Assembly (NCBI GenBank): GCA_958009085.1
Contig: OY253670.1
Span: 558,001 to 622,000, forward strand
Length of the DNA stretch: 64,000 nt
Direction of reading: 5' to 3'
Origin: Protoeuglena noctilucae
Taxonomy: Eukaryota
Below the pieces are notes generated by a model. That model was not told the origin of the DNA. It saw nothing but the letters and a program-made list of their open reading frames with translations, and did not search any database. Positions 38,101-48,561 of this stretch are shown here, piece after piece (the first letter of the stretch is position 1; each line of letters starts with the position of its first letter). A program made the position numbers and the translations under genes.

Positions 38101-38810
38101 GCAGGAGGGCCGAGACCCGTGACACATGCCTCAGCAAGCTCGTCGGCAACATGGACATCACAGACGGCCCAAAGTGAGTCCTTCACTCACGTTGCGACTG
38201 CAGATCTTGTGGACGTCAATCCATTTGTTATCAGTGTACACACGCCTTGTCCCAGCGCTCGCAGGAGCGGCGCCCCGACGACCCCGGGAGAGTGCCGGGT
38301 GCCCGGTGGGTCAAAGCGTGCCAAGGCGACCGCTGAGGCGACAGAGGCAACCGAGACGAGCAAGGACGCGCAGGACGCACAGGCACAGACGCGTCGGTCG
38401 AGCCGCCGCAAGCGTGCTGCAGCCGACGATGGGTGAGGCTCCGTGCTGCACAGGCATGTGCTACTGGCAGAGCTGACGCAGGTCACAGAGAGAATACGTG
38501 GGGGGGACAGAGCGGTGATATATACGACACGCGAGGCGTTGCTCAGTGCTGTTCTGGTCATGCCGAGCGCTTCCTGGCACAGCACGTTGCCTCTTCCCTG
38601 GCCCTCACGATCCCACAGAGGCCGGCTGTGTGCGGCATCACAAAAACACTGACCTGCTGGCATAACATGTTCTCGTTTGTCGTGACTTGCAGGGAACCCG
38701 GACCCTCCGGGCCAGCTGCCGCTTCAGGCCCCAACGCGGCCCGTGCGACGCGTAGCAAGCGAGCGTGCCGGGTGTCTACGGTGAAAGAGGCCATCCAACA
38801 GCGGCGCTGA
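35170..38810 (+). CDS. ASY1: Meiotic HORMA-domain axis protein ASY1/HOP1/PAIR2
   Basis: HORMA domain: ESLEAMKNL..LAIYNVAFLRELF..RLVDWVEKGVIDALEKGYLR..EEYIFTF..RMLVSLCNTLD.VPNERYIFLKLTYNEGTPQDYEPPLF. Winged-helix-like segment (IRRWVQEKTVVSAPEVAKEFPELDIDTVEGILDGLVSGGLL). C-terminal closure-motif-like RSKRACRVSTVKEAIQQRR. Confidence 0.9.
37309..37382. repeat. Intronic palindrome/hairpin array built from GTGAGT/ACTCAC units
   Basis: 22-bp perfect palindrome GTGAGTGAGTCGACTCACTCAC (37309-37330). 20-bp direct repeat TCACTCACTTCGGTGAGTCG at 37323 and 37363, each containing ACTCAC-TTCG-GTGAGT. Confidence 0.95.
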
Positions 38811-39289
38811 GACGAGCCACGGACACCCAAACGATACGGCCTGACGCGCTGCTACAGTTTGGTCAGGCCCCAGACTGTCTGGGGTGTCCAAACACTGCTG
38901 TCTGCGATGTGCGTGTCGAGCACCGTGACGAGGGCTGGCCTCGACTCAGCCGGAGGGGGGGGGTTGGACGCGCTGACTGTCCCACACCATAAACGAGCTG
39001 AGAGTGCCTGGGAGTCGGAGCCCGTGTTCGGTCTGCGCCTGCTTGAGCGCTCGCAAGGGTCTGACGGTGGCTTAGAGATGTGATGTGCTGCAAGCAACAT
39101 GAGACAAGACATTAGTTGTCATTGAACGCGAGATGTTCGAGAATTTGCAAGCTGGAAAATGGCCAGGCTATCACGTCCAGTGCAGAAGCAGCCCATTTGC
39201 GGAGCTGAAAACACCAAAGCGTAGCGATACGCAGCCCTGCCTACGCCCCTCGTGTTTCGCATTCAACCATGCAACCTGAGCTCGCCCGC

Positions 39290-42200
39290 CTACGCCCCTC
39301 CCTCGCCGCCAACTGGCGCCCTCGGGCAAAGCTCCTGGAAGGGCCACGTCTGAGCCAACTGCAGCATGCGACGGCCCGCGTGGCTGAGCGTCCCTGACGC
39401 CTCCTCCGCCACCATCGCCCAGACCCCACCCTCCCTGGGCGTAGCCGCCCTCGCCTCCGCGGCGGCACCAGCCACTCCGCTGCTGGCGAACCCCTCCCAT
39501 CGACTCGGCCGCGTCCTCTTAGGGCTTTGCGACGCTGCTGCCTTCGCAGCGCCGCGCCTCTCGCGCTCGGGCGCCGTCGGCCCGCCGGACGCCGCACTCG
39601 GCCCCGTCCGCGCGCGGCGGTCGCCCTCCTTGTCGGATTTCGCGTCTTCGTCCGACTCGCTGCCGTCCTGGACCCCCAGTAGCGCCGTCAGCAGCGTCGG
39701 CACCCGTCGCGTCGTACCGGGGTTTGCATTGGCAGGCACGGACGGCGTTGCTGGCGCGGACGCCGCTCCCGCACCCCGACGCAGCGCACCCGCGGACGTG
39801 TCTGCCGCAAGCGCAGCCGCACCGCCGCCCTTGCCCGCACCACCACCCTCACCGCCCGTGCCAGCAGCGCCATCCGCACCCCCACCCGCTGGCGTAGGGC
39901 CACGCTTGGCAACGCTCGGGGTCTCTCTCGCCCCACGCACCGCCCCACTTCCACCCTCTGTCAGCGCCTTGAAGGCGGCAGCTGCCGCACCCGCGCCTGC
40001 TTCCGCTCCCCCGCCCACCCCCGCCCCCGCACCCGCTCCCGATCCCCCAGCCGCTACCGCGCCCACGCCTGCTCCCGCACCCTCGTTCTCGCTGTTCGGC
40101 ATCTCCACGTCCTGGCCAGGGCGGGCCGCCTCAGGCGCGACAACGCCGCCCTCGGTCCCCATCAACGGCCCCACCGCCTTACCCCCCGCCTCACGCTCTC
40201 CCACAGCAATCTCAGACTCCCGTAAACCTCCCACGCCCTCTCCCACACCCTCTCCACCCATCTCCACGCCCGCAGTCCCCTCTCCCCCACCCCGCAGTCC
40301 CCGCACGGGCAGCTCTCCAGCCCCACCCTCCCCATCCTCTCTGCGCAATGCATCACCCGCCTCCCTAACCCCATCCACCACCACCGCCTGCCGCGCTTCC
40401 GGAACTGCGTCACTCGCCCACGGCAAGCCAACCCGCACACCTTCCTTAGGGCCCTCTGCCCCAGCCACCGTCGCACCACCCTGCAGCCCACTGCCACTGG
40501 CGACCCCACCCACGACCCCACGCCCCGCCTCATCTGCCTCCGTCTCTCGTGCACCCTCTCCAACCCCCGTTGGTTCCCTAGAGTCCCCAACCACGCCTGC
40601 CTCTGTCCCCTTTGTCGCCTCACGACCCACCGCCTCCCGTCCCTGCCCACCAGCCCCCGCTCCCGCATCTCCCCCGCTCCCCGACCCTCCACTGACACTG
40701 CCAGATTCCCCGCTACTACTCCCGTCAGACTCCCCGCTACTCCCGTCAGAGTCCCCACTAGTCCCGTCAGACTGGCGATCCCTGGACGGGCCCTTCCCTG
40801 CCTTCGAGACCCCTCGGCCCCTGTCGGACCCCGCGCTGCCGCTCCCACTCCCGCTGCTGTCCCCGCTCTCGCTCCCGCTCTCGCTTTCCTCAGAAGAGGA
40901 GGTGGGGGAGTCGGCCTGAATGGCGGTACGGACGCGCCACTCCGTGTCTGCACGCACCGCACGTCGCGGCAAGCGACGGACGCCTCCCACAGCGTCGGGA
41001 GAAGTCCCAGCATCGCCTCCCGCCCCTCGCCCCGGCTCGCCGTCTGCCGCACTCCGGCCAGCACCCGCACCCCGCCCTCTTCCCCGCCGCCCCCGGCCCC
41101 GACCCCGCCCCTGCGCAGGCCCCACCGGCCGCGCCTCCCCCGTCGTCTCTGCCTCTGCCAACCCCGACCTCGCAGCACTCCCGCTCTTCCCTGAAGCCTC
41201 GACGCCCCCGCTGACCCTCTCGCTACCCACTTCCCGCCCACCCTCCGCGCCACCACCCTCGCCTCCCAATCCTCCGCGCTCGCCACCCTGCGCCCCATCG
41301 CCCCCCTCCTTCGCTGCCGTCTCCATAACTTCTTCCCGCTGAGCCGTCGTCGAGCTATGGCCAGCTCGCCCCCGCCCTCTGCCCCGCCCCCGCCCCCGCC
41401 CCCGCCCCCGCCCCCTCCCACGCCCGCCACCCTCACTAGCATCCCCATCAGGCTCGCGATCGCTCCCCGCCTCCTTCGACCCCTCAGCCCCCTCCGTTCC
41501 CTTCACCTCCACATCCTCCTCCTCTCCTCCCCGCCCCTCCCCATCTGCACGCATCAGCGCCCCCTCTTCCCCCTCGGACCTGCGCCCCCGCCCACGCCCC
41601 CTCCCCCGTCCCCTCCCACGCCCTCGACTCGACCCAACTTGACCCTCTCGACCCTCCCCATCCCCGCCCTCGCCCTTTGCCGCCCCACCTCCGCTCGCCC
41701 TGGGACCGACCCCGCCGCTTGCCCCGCTTGCGCCACCCGCCGCTGCCGATCCCCCGCCACCCCCGCTCGACCCGTCCTTCATCCCCTTCCTCCGGCTCAC
41801 CGAAGCCCGCTCCTGCTCATTCACCAACCACCACTCCGTGGCCCGCTCCTTACGGCGTCGCCCTCGCCTGACCGTGCCAGAAACGCCGTCCCCAGAGTCC
41901 CTACCCGCCGCGCCAACCTCCTTCCCTCCCTCCCTGGCCCTCTCGCTGCCCGACACGCCACCACCAGTACCGCCACCGTCCCCGCGCAGTGCGTCGCAAC
42001 CACTGCCGCCATCCCCGGCCATCGCGCCACCACCACCACTGCCGCCACTGTCCCCACCACCACCACCGCCGCCGCCAACATCGGCAACTGGCCTCCCAGG
42101 CTCTCCGCCCCGATCTTCCCCATCATTGTGCCCATCTTGGCAACCACCGACACTTGCATTGCCCCCATCGCCTCCACCCAGCCCAGCAACGCCAGCGTCG

Positions 42201-43377
42201 CCGTCCCCGTCCCTCTCCACCTCGCCAGTCTTAACCACTCCGCCCACACCATCCACCTCGCCCCTCTCCCCTCCCTCCTCCACCCCTACTCTCGGACGCT
42301 TGGCACTACGGGGGTGCGGGGTGCCACCCGCCGGCCCCCTCGCCACCTCAGACCCACCGGCCTTTGAATCGCCCGAGACAGAGTTGCTCGGGGTATCAGC
42401 GTCCATATTGACGTCCTCAGCGACGGTGTTAGCCTCCACTGCCGTCAAACCGCCACCCTCACGCCCCCGCCCGCGCCCGCGCCCGCGGCCGCGCCCATGC
42501 CCACGCCCCCTCCCTCTCCCCCTGCCCCGGCCGCGACGACCGCCCCTCCCACCACGCCTCGCCTCACCAACGCCCCCTCCCTCCTCAGCTTCCCCATCGC
42601 CACTGGGGCTATCTGAAGAACCCCCCTCGCTGCTCTCCTCGGACCCCCCGTCTCGCGGCTCCGCCTTCGTCCCCGTCCCTCGCCGCTCGCCCGCAGAGCC
42701 ATGACTCGCATCCACGATTGCGAAAATGGCCTGCACACCGCTCTCTAACTTCCCCAGCCCTTCTTCATTCGGATTTGCCCCGCCCGCCGCACCGAAGCGA
42801 GGCGACGACCAATGAGCGCCCCGGTCGCCCCGACCGCCGCCACGCCCCTCTCCACGGGCCCCGCCCCGCCGCCCACGACCCCGCACGCGGCCTCCGGAGC
42901 GCTTTGCCGGGGGGGCGTCGCCTTCGGTGGCCGCAGCATCGCGGGCGAGCATGGAACCCTCCTGCGCCGGATCCGCCGGGTTGGGTGAAACATCATTGGT
43001 CATTCACGAGGCGCGCGACTTGTGCGGAGCTCGCTGGTCGCGCCGCGGGAGGTTGTTGCATCTCCTGGAGAGTTCCTGATGCGTGTGCATGCGCCCGGGC
43101 TCTTCCTCTCGCACCTGTGCCTGTACGACTCGCTTCTTTGTCGGAGGTTGGTCCTCGCCATCGCCATGGGGACTTCCCGCGTCCGCAAGTTCCCCGCTTG
43201 CTGGGCTCGCTGCTGGGGTGTCCTCCCCGCGGCGCCTCTTGCCCTGCGACGAAGGCTGCACGCGACGCTCGAAAGCAAACAAGCCACGAGTCGCGAGGCG
43301 CCGGCATCCATGGATGCGACGTGTCCTCGCACCTGCCCACGGGCACCACCACGCCCTCGGGCTCGCTTGGGAGCCAT
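39290..43377 (-). CDS. ~1270-aa intrinsically disordered Gly/Arg/Glu-rich protein with multiple (GR)n tracts; probably nuclear
   Basis: Two short exons (MAPKRARGRGGARGQ | PSSQGKRRR...PPTKKRVVQAQ) splice in phase 0 to a ~3.7-kb open exon ending at 39290. NLS-like motifs and GRGRGRGRG runs. Confidence 0.65.
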
Positions 43378-43655
43378 CCGCCACCCAACCTCCGCTCCAA
43401 AGGCTCTTGGAGGTTCTCCACCTCTCGCTTGTTTCACTCAAATGCCATGCGACGTGCCGCACAGCCAAGGCGAATCGCCTCAGGCGACGCCTGGCGATGC
43501 AAGAGGAAACTGTAAGTGTTTGCTCTGGCGAGCTCGCGTCATTTGAAGCTCCAATCGGCCTCGCCGGTTCCTACCAAAAGCGACCACGACTTTGCTGCTG
43601 TTGGGTCAGGAAGGATTCTTGGGACGAGCACGGCGGGGCCAGAGACAGCAGGGAG

Positions 43656-44963
43656 ATGGGGGACGAGGAGCCCAAGCAGCCCGTGAGAGGCAGCGGACGA
43701 TAGCAATGTTGTCAATGACGCTGTTAAATAAATACCGGGAGAGCTTGCCGTGCCCCCTCCCTCGCTGCGCAGGTGTGGGAGGGCGAGCTGAAGGACGGGG
43801 TGGCGCATGGTCAGGTGACCGCGAGCCACGGCGTTTCCAGCCGCGCAGGCCTCGATGCGAGGCTTTCGCTGCTTAGTTGATAATGTAAGTAAGGCATATT
43901 ATTGGTTCTCAGGCGTCCGCTCGCCCCCAGCGAGTCGGGTGGAGCTGCCATTCCCCACCCCAGCCGGGCAGCCCGCGCGGAGCCCTCACCCGCGGCTGCG
44001 GCTCGTCTCCGCAGGGCAAGATGACGTACCCCGGACCGGTGGATCCCGAGACGGAGGAGGAGCTTCCGGGCCCCACGTTCGAGGGAAACCTCGAGGAAGG
44101 CGTGCGGCAGGGCCACGGCAAGTACGTGTGGCCAGGGCTGCCCCCCATGGAGGAAGGGAGCATCGCGGTGAGATGTATATGCATATTTCACAGCGCGAGC
44201 GGCCCTCCCTTCGCCCGTCGCCTGCCTGGCCCGCACCGGCATGCACTGAGCCCCGCCTCCCGGACACCGCCCCGCCTTGCGCAGGCGTACTACGAGGGCA
44301 ACTACAAAGATAACAAGAAGCACGGGAAGGGGTTCATGAAGTTCCCGGACGGGTCTACGTACGACGGGGAGTGGAACATGGACGAGATGGAGGGCGAGGG
44401 GACCTACACGTACGCCAACGGGGACGTGTACAAGGGGCAGTTTCTGGCGGGGAAGGCGAGGATCGCACGTGGCGTCTGGGTACGCGCTGTGCCCTCATCG
44501 CCGTCGAGAGTTGTGACGACGCGCCCGTCTCCCGCTGGGTCCGCAGAAGCACGGCAAGGGGTCGTACATGAGCGCGCAGACCAGGTCGCAGTACGTGGGG
44601 ACGTGGAAAGAGGGGGCGTTCCAGGGCGGGCAGTGGGTCCTCGTGGACAACACCGTCTACACCTCCGAGGTGTGTGGCAGGTCTATGATCCGAGATGCCA
44701 GCCCCGCGCCTGTTTTATGCACGCCTGCCGGCCACTGGCCTACGTCCTGGAAGCACAGAGCATGCGCACCGAGCTCGCCACCGTCGGTGCCGCCGCAGGA
44801 CGACAAGGTGGCGACGCGGGACGTGTACGGCCGTGCTGAGTACAGGCCTGGGGTGTTCCAATCGGTGCGGCTGTCGAACGACTTGGTCGAGTTTCCCATC
44901 TGGGGCGGCGCTGCGGTGCCCATCCCTGAGGACACCGCGGAGGTGGCGGGGGAGGCCGCCTGA
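43656..44963 (+). CDS. RSP10: Flagellar radial spoke head MORN-repeat protein RSP10 (RSPH1 family)
   Basis: Spliced MGDEEPKQPVWEGELKDGVAHGQGKMTYPG...FEGNLEEGVRQGHGKYVW...YYEGNYKDNKKHGKGFMKFPDGSTYDGEWNMDEMEGEGTYTYANGDVYKGQFLAGKKHGKG: MORN repeats and an N-terminus matching Chlamydomonas RSP10 as I recall it. Confidence 0.88.
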
Positions 44964-45187
44964 CAGCGAGGGCCATGTGCAGTGCAGAATGCGCGATTTC
45001 ACATGCGCATCGACGCAGCGCCCAATGTCTCTGCTGCTTGGAGAACCAGAATGCAACCGGAAAAGGGGCGCATCAATCGTGGACCTTGCACAACAAATCA
45101 AAGGCTTGGCAAGCACACCGCAGCCAAAAGCGATGCAGCAACTCGCGTGAGCCTTAGAGACTCTTTGCAGGGCGATCCTAGCGCCGG

Positions 45188-47784
45188 TCAAGGGCCAAGT
45201 CCCACCGGCGAACCTGGAATGGCAACCACGGAAACCGCAATGTTCAATTGCTCTACCGGCGCGGCAAAAAAGCCTCCGTCGGAACTCCTCGGCGAGGGTG
45301 AGGGCAGGCGGGAACGACGGGGTGAGGACGAACCCCTCCAGCGCGGCCGAGGTGCGGGGGACCGCTCACGTTGTCGAACAGGCGACAGCGATCGGCCGAG
45401 CGACCAGACGAGCCTCAAACGACCATCGTGCCATTCGCGCTGCGGAGACCGCCCACGGTCCCCGCGCCTGCGGACGGCACGCTCGCTTCGCCCCCCCTCC
45501 GACCCCGTGTCGTCGCACTCCCATCCGCGCACCGTCCCCAACTCCCCCTCGTCCCTCTCCCACCACCCATGCCCCACCCCCGCTTCCTTGTTCCGCTCTA
45601 CTATCCTTTCATCCCTCTCTCGCCACCCGCTCGTCGTCCACCACTCCCCCTCATCCCGCTCTCGCCACCCGGCCCCCGTCCCCGTTCCCTCATCCCCCCT
45701 TCATCCCGATCCCGCCACCCACGCCCCCTCCCTGCTCCCTCACCCCGGTCCATCTGCCCCCGCTCCACCTCCGCTTCCCCTCGCTCAGTCCCATTCGCAC
45801 TCCCACCGTTGGACCCTCGGTGGGCGTGAAAGCTTTCCACATACGCCACCATCTCCGACAAAAGGTCGTCCTTCTCAAACGCGGAGATGTCGCTGTCTCG
45901 GGCAAGCGCCAGGTAGAACCCGGCCATGTTAAGAGCTTGCTGCGTCCATTTCGTCTGGTGGGAAGTTACGCCCCCCTTACTGACACGCATGGCCCACAAA
46001 CGGGGGAGGTCCTTGAGGTCGGTCCCCATCAGCCCCTCGTCCGGCCGGTTGGCAACAGCTCTGGCGTCCCTCCCCTCCGCCACGCGTGTGATGCCCCACA
46101 GCAGCGGGTGGAGATCTTTGGCCTTCTCCATGCGTGTCGCATCGCTCGGTGGCACCCACACGGTCCCTCCTTTCCACAGCTGAGAGAGAGAGAAAGGCAG
46201 AGGAAAGCCATCTCGCAGCAACGTGGGCCTCCCGTGCGTCTCAGCAGCAGGGACGCGGGACATCCCCCCCACGTGCCACCTCACATGTCCCTCATCTGCC
46301 TCCCGGAGAGCCACCAACTTGGGGGTGCAAAACGGCTTCAGGACGTACACAAGCTCGGCCTCAGTCATGTCCGAGGGCACGTACGGCAAATCCACAGCAC
46401 GAAGCTCCTCATCTACCCTCAACCCCACATCGCAACCCCCTGTTGTGCCGCCCGATCCGGGGGACTCCCCGACTGCCGCGACGCGCAGCTTCGGAGGGGC
46501 TGGGAGGTTGCTCCCTCGAAGCGCGGCAGACACGGAATGTTGCAGCGCAGCCACGGCCTGGTGAGTCCTATCGGTAAGGGGCGGAGTGGCGACGCGTGCC
46601 GCACTGCGAACTTCATCCCCGCCCCGCGAACCACGTGAGGGCTTTCCACCGCCGTTCGCGTCCTGGGACACGAAGCTGCCCTTGGCCGCTTCCATGCGAG
46701 GTGTGGACGAGTCCCCTCCACCCAGCGAGCTCAGCGTGCTGTCATGCACGTCGTCGGAGGAGTCTCGCCGGTCGCCCCTGCCGTGGCTCTCCGCGCGTTC
46801 GCCTCGCCGTGCGCGCTCCATCCCGCTCTCCTGCGCGCGCTCCACGACCTCCGCCCCTCGCCTCTCCAGCCTCCCGGATCGCACCTCCCCAGCGCCGTCC
46901 GACCGCGCGCGGCCGGCATCCTTGGCGGCGCGAGGGCGGTCGGGCTTGCGCCACGGCTCTCTCTCGCGATACTCGGGCTCACTGCCACGGTAGGGCCAGC
47001 GTCTCCTGGTCGGGCGCTCCACAGCGAACCGTGGCGGAGCAGTGCGATCAGGCGACGCAAATGCTGGCGCCGTCGATGTCGTAGACGGGGGCGGTGAGGG
47101 CGGTGGAGGTATGCTGCGGATCAGAGGCACGTTGTGCTCCTCCCGACTCGTCGCTGCATGCGCCTCTCGGGTCATGCTCGCTGTCGGACCGCACGCAGCC
47201 AGAATTGGGCTCGTCTCCCGGTCGAGCGCATATCGCCAGCCTCCCTCTTGCGGAGGTGCAGGTCCAGCTGCGAGCTCGTTGGCGAACAAGCTCGTGCTCG
47301 TCGACGCCTGCGGTCACAAACGAGCTCAAACTCAACGATGCCTCCTGGGCAGCTTGCGGCGCCTCAGCCGCCTGCCGTCAGCGGAAAGCGCGCTCTTACG
47401 TCTAGGAACTCACATTGATGGCACTTCGCGCGGCGATCTCGACAAGCGCCGGCTCCGCGGGCTTCTGATGGGCGCGGTGCCCAGGGTCCCTCGGTTTTCG
47501 GGGATCTGCACCGGCGACGTGCCCGTGCCCGATGACGAGCACATCAGCATCTGTCGTCACCGTCTCCCCGAACCTCAAGGGAGTGGGGAGCCATGTTCCC
47601 TCCTCCATTCGCTCGACGTCGACCACCCACCCCCCCCTGCGTGGAATTAGACGGACACGGGCGAAACTGGGAACAGTGCGCATCAGTGACAGTGATATGC
47701 GACAAAGGCTCGCGCATAGGCGGGTGAACGCAGGCGCGTTCCTCGCCTGGGCCCCCAATCTTCCCCCCATGGTTTACGCCCCAT
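45188..47784 (-). CDS. Hypothetical protein with an RRM-like segment, GW repeats and RS/SP-rich tail; a 1-nt frameshift in the C6 run at 45694-45699 is needed for the full frame
   Basis: Three exons in phase (MGRKPWGEDWGPR | GGWVVDVERM...SAIN | ASTSTSLFANE...). RRM-like LRAVDLPYVPSDMTEAELVYVLKPFCTPKLVALRE. The GW(R/W)(D/E)RDE repeats continue across the frame break. Confidence 0.55.
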
Positions 47785-48561
47785 GTCGGTACGCACCCTA
47801 CGCACATGTCGGTAGAGCCTCGCGCAGCATTGCACAGGCTACCAGACTGAACCCTAGTACGCGCCTACCGCCGCAGTCCACCGCTCCCGGGTCCCACGTT
47901 TCTGGCATCAGCTGCCAGTAGCTGCCTTGTCGCCAAACGCCGCGACGCGCGCTCTTACGCGTAATGTTGGCACTCGCAGACGCCCTGCAGCGACCGCAAA
48001 AGGCCCTGCGGCGTCTACTTGCAGCTTGAGACATGCGTGTGGCCGCTGCGCCGGCCTCGGCGCGCGCGGGTGTGGCGCGTGTGGCTGTTGTGTATAAGAG
48101 TCCTTTGGCCACTCGCCAGATGGCAGAGAGACAGGGTTCGGACGCGCATTTGACGCGGCACTCGCGGCAGCGACGGCTCGCACACGGTGAGGCTGCACTG
48201 GCCGCGGCTGCACCGAGAGGTGCCCCAAGCATCCCACGCCTTGTCGGTGCAGCTTACCGAAGGGTTCCGCATAGGTATCTGCCGGCCGCGCGTCCATCCT
48301 GCCACGCGCAGCTCGCGATTTTCGAAGGCCAGCCCCGGGCCCCCCGCGCGGCCGGCGATCCTCGCGCGCTTGCCCCGACGAAGGGATGATTGTATTTTGC
48401 GCGAGGATATGGCTCCCGGGTCACTCCCCGAAGCTCTCGCGGCGTGCGCGCCATACGACTTTTCGGAGCGGGGCCCTGCCCCGGCGCCCCGCGACTCCCT
48501 CGGTCGCCGAGAGAGTCTCACGAGTGGCTGGGATCTAGTTGCACAGGGTCATGGGGTGGAA

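Noticed and set aside
39290..43003. Viral (EBNA1-like) or transposon insertion
   Set aside because: No terminal repeats, target-site duplication or enzymatic domain; it splices to host-style upstream exons. The similarity is compositional only.
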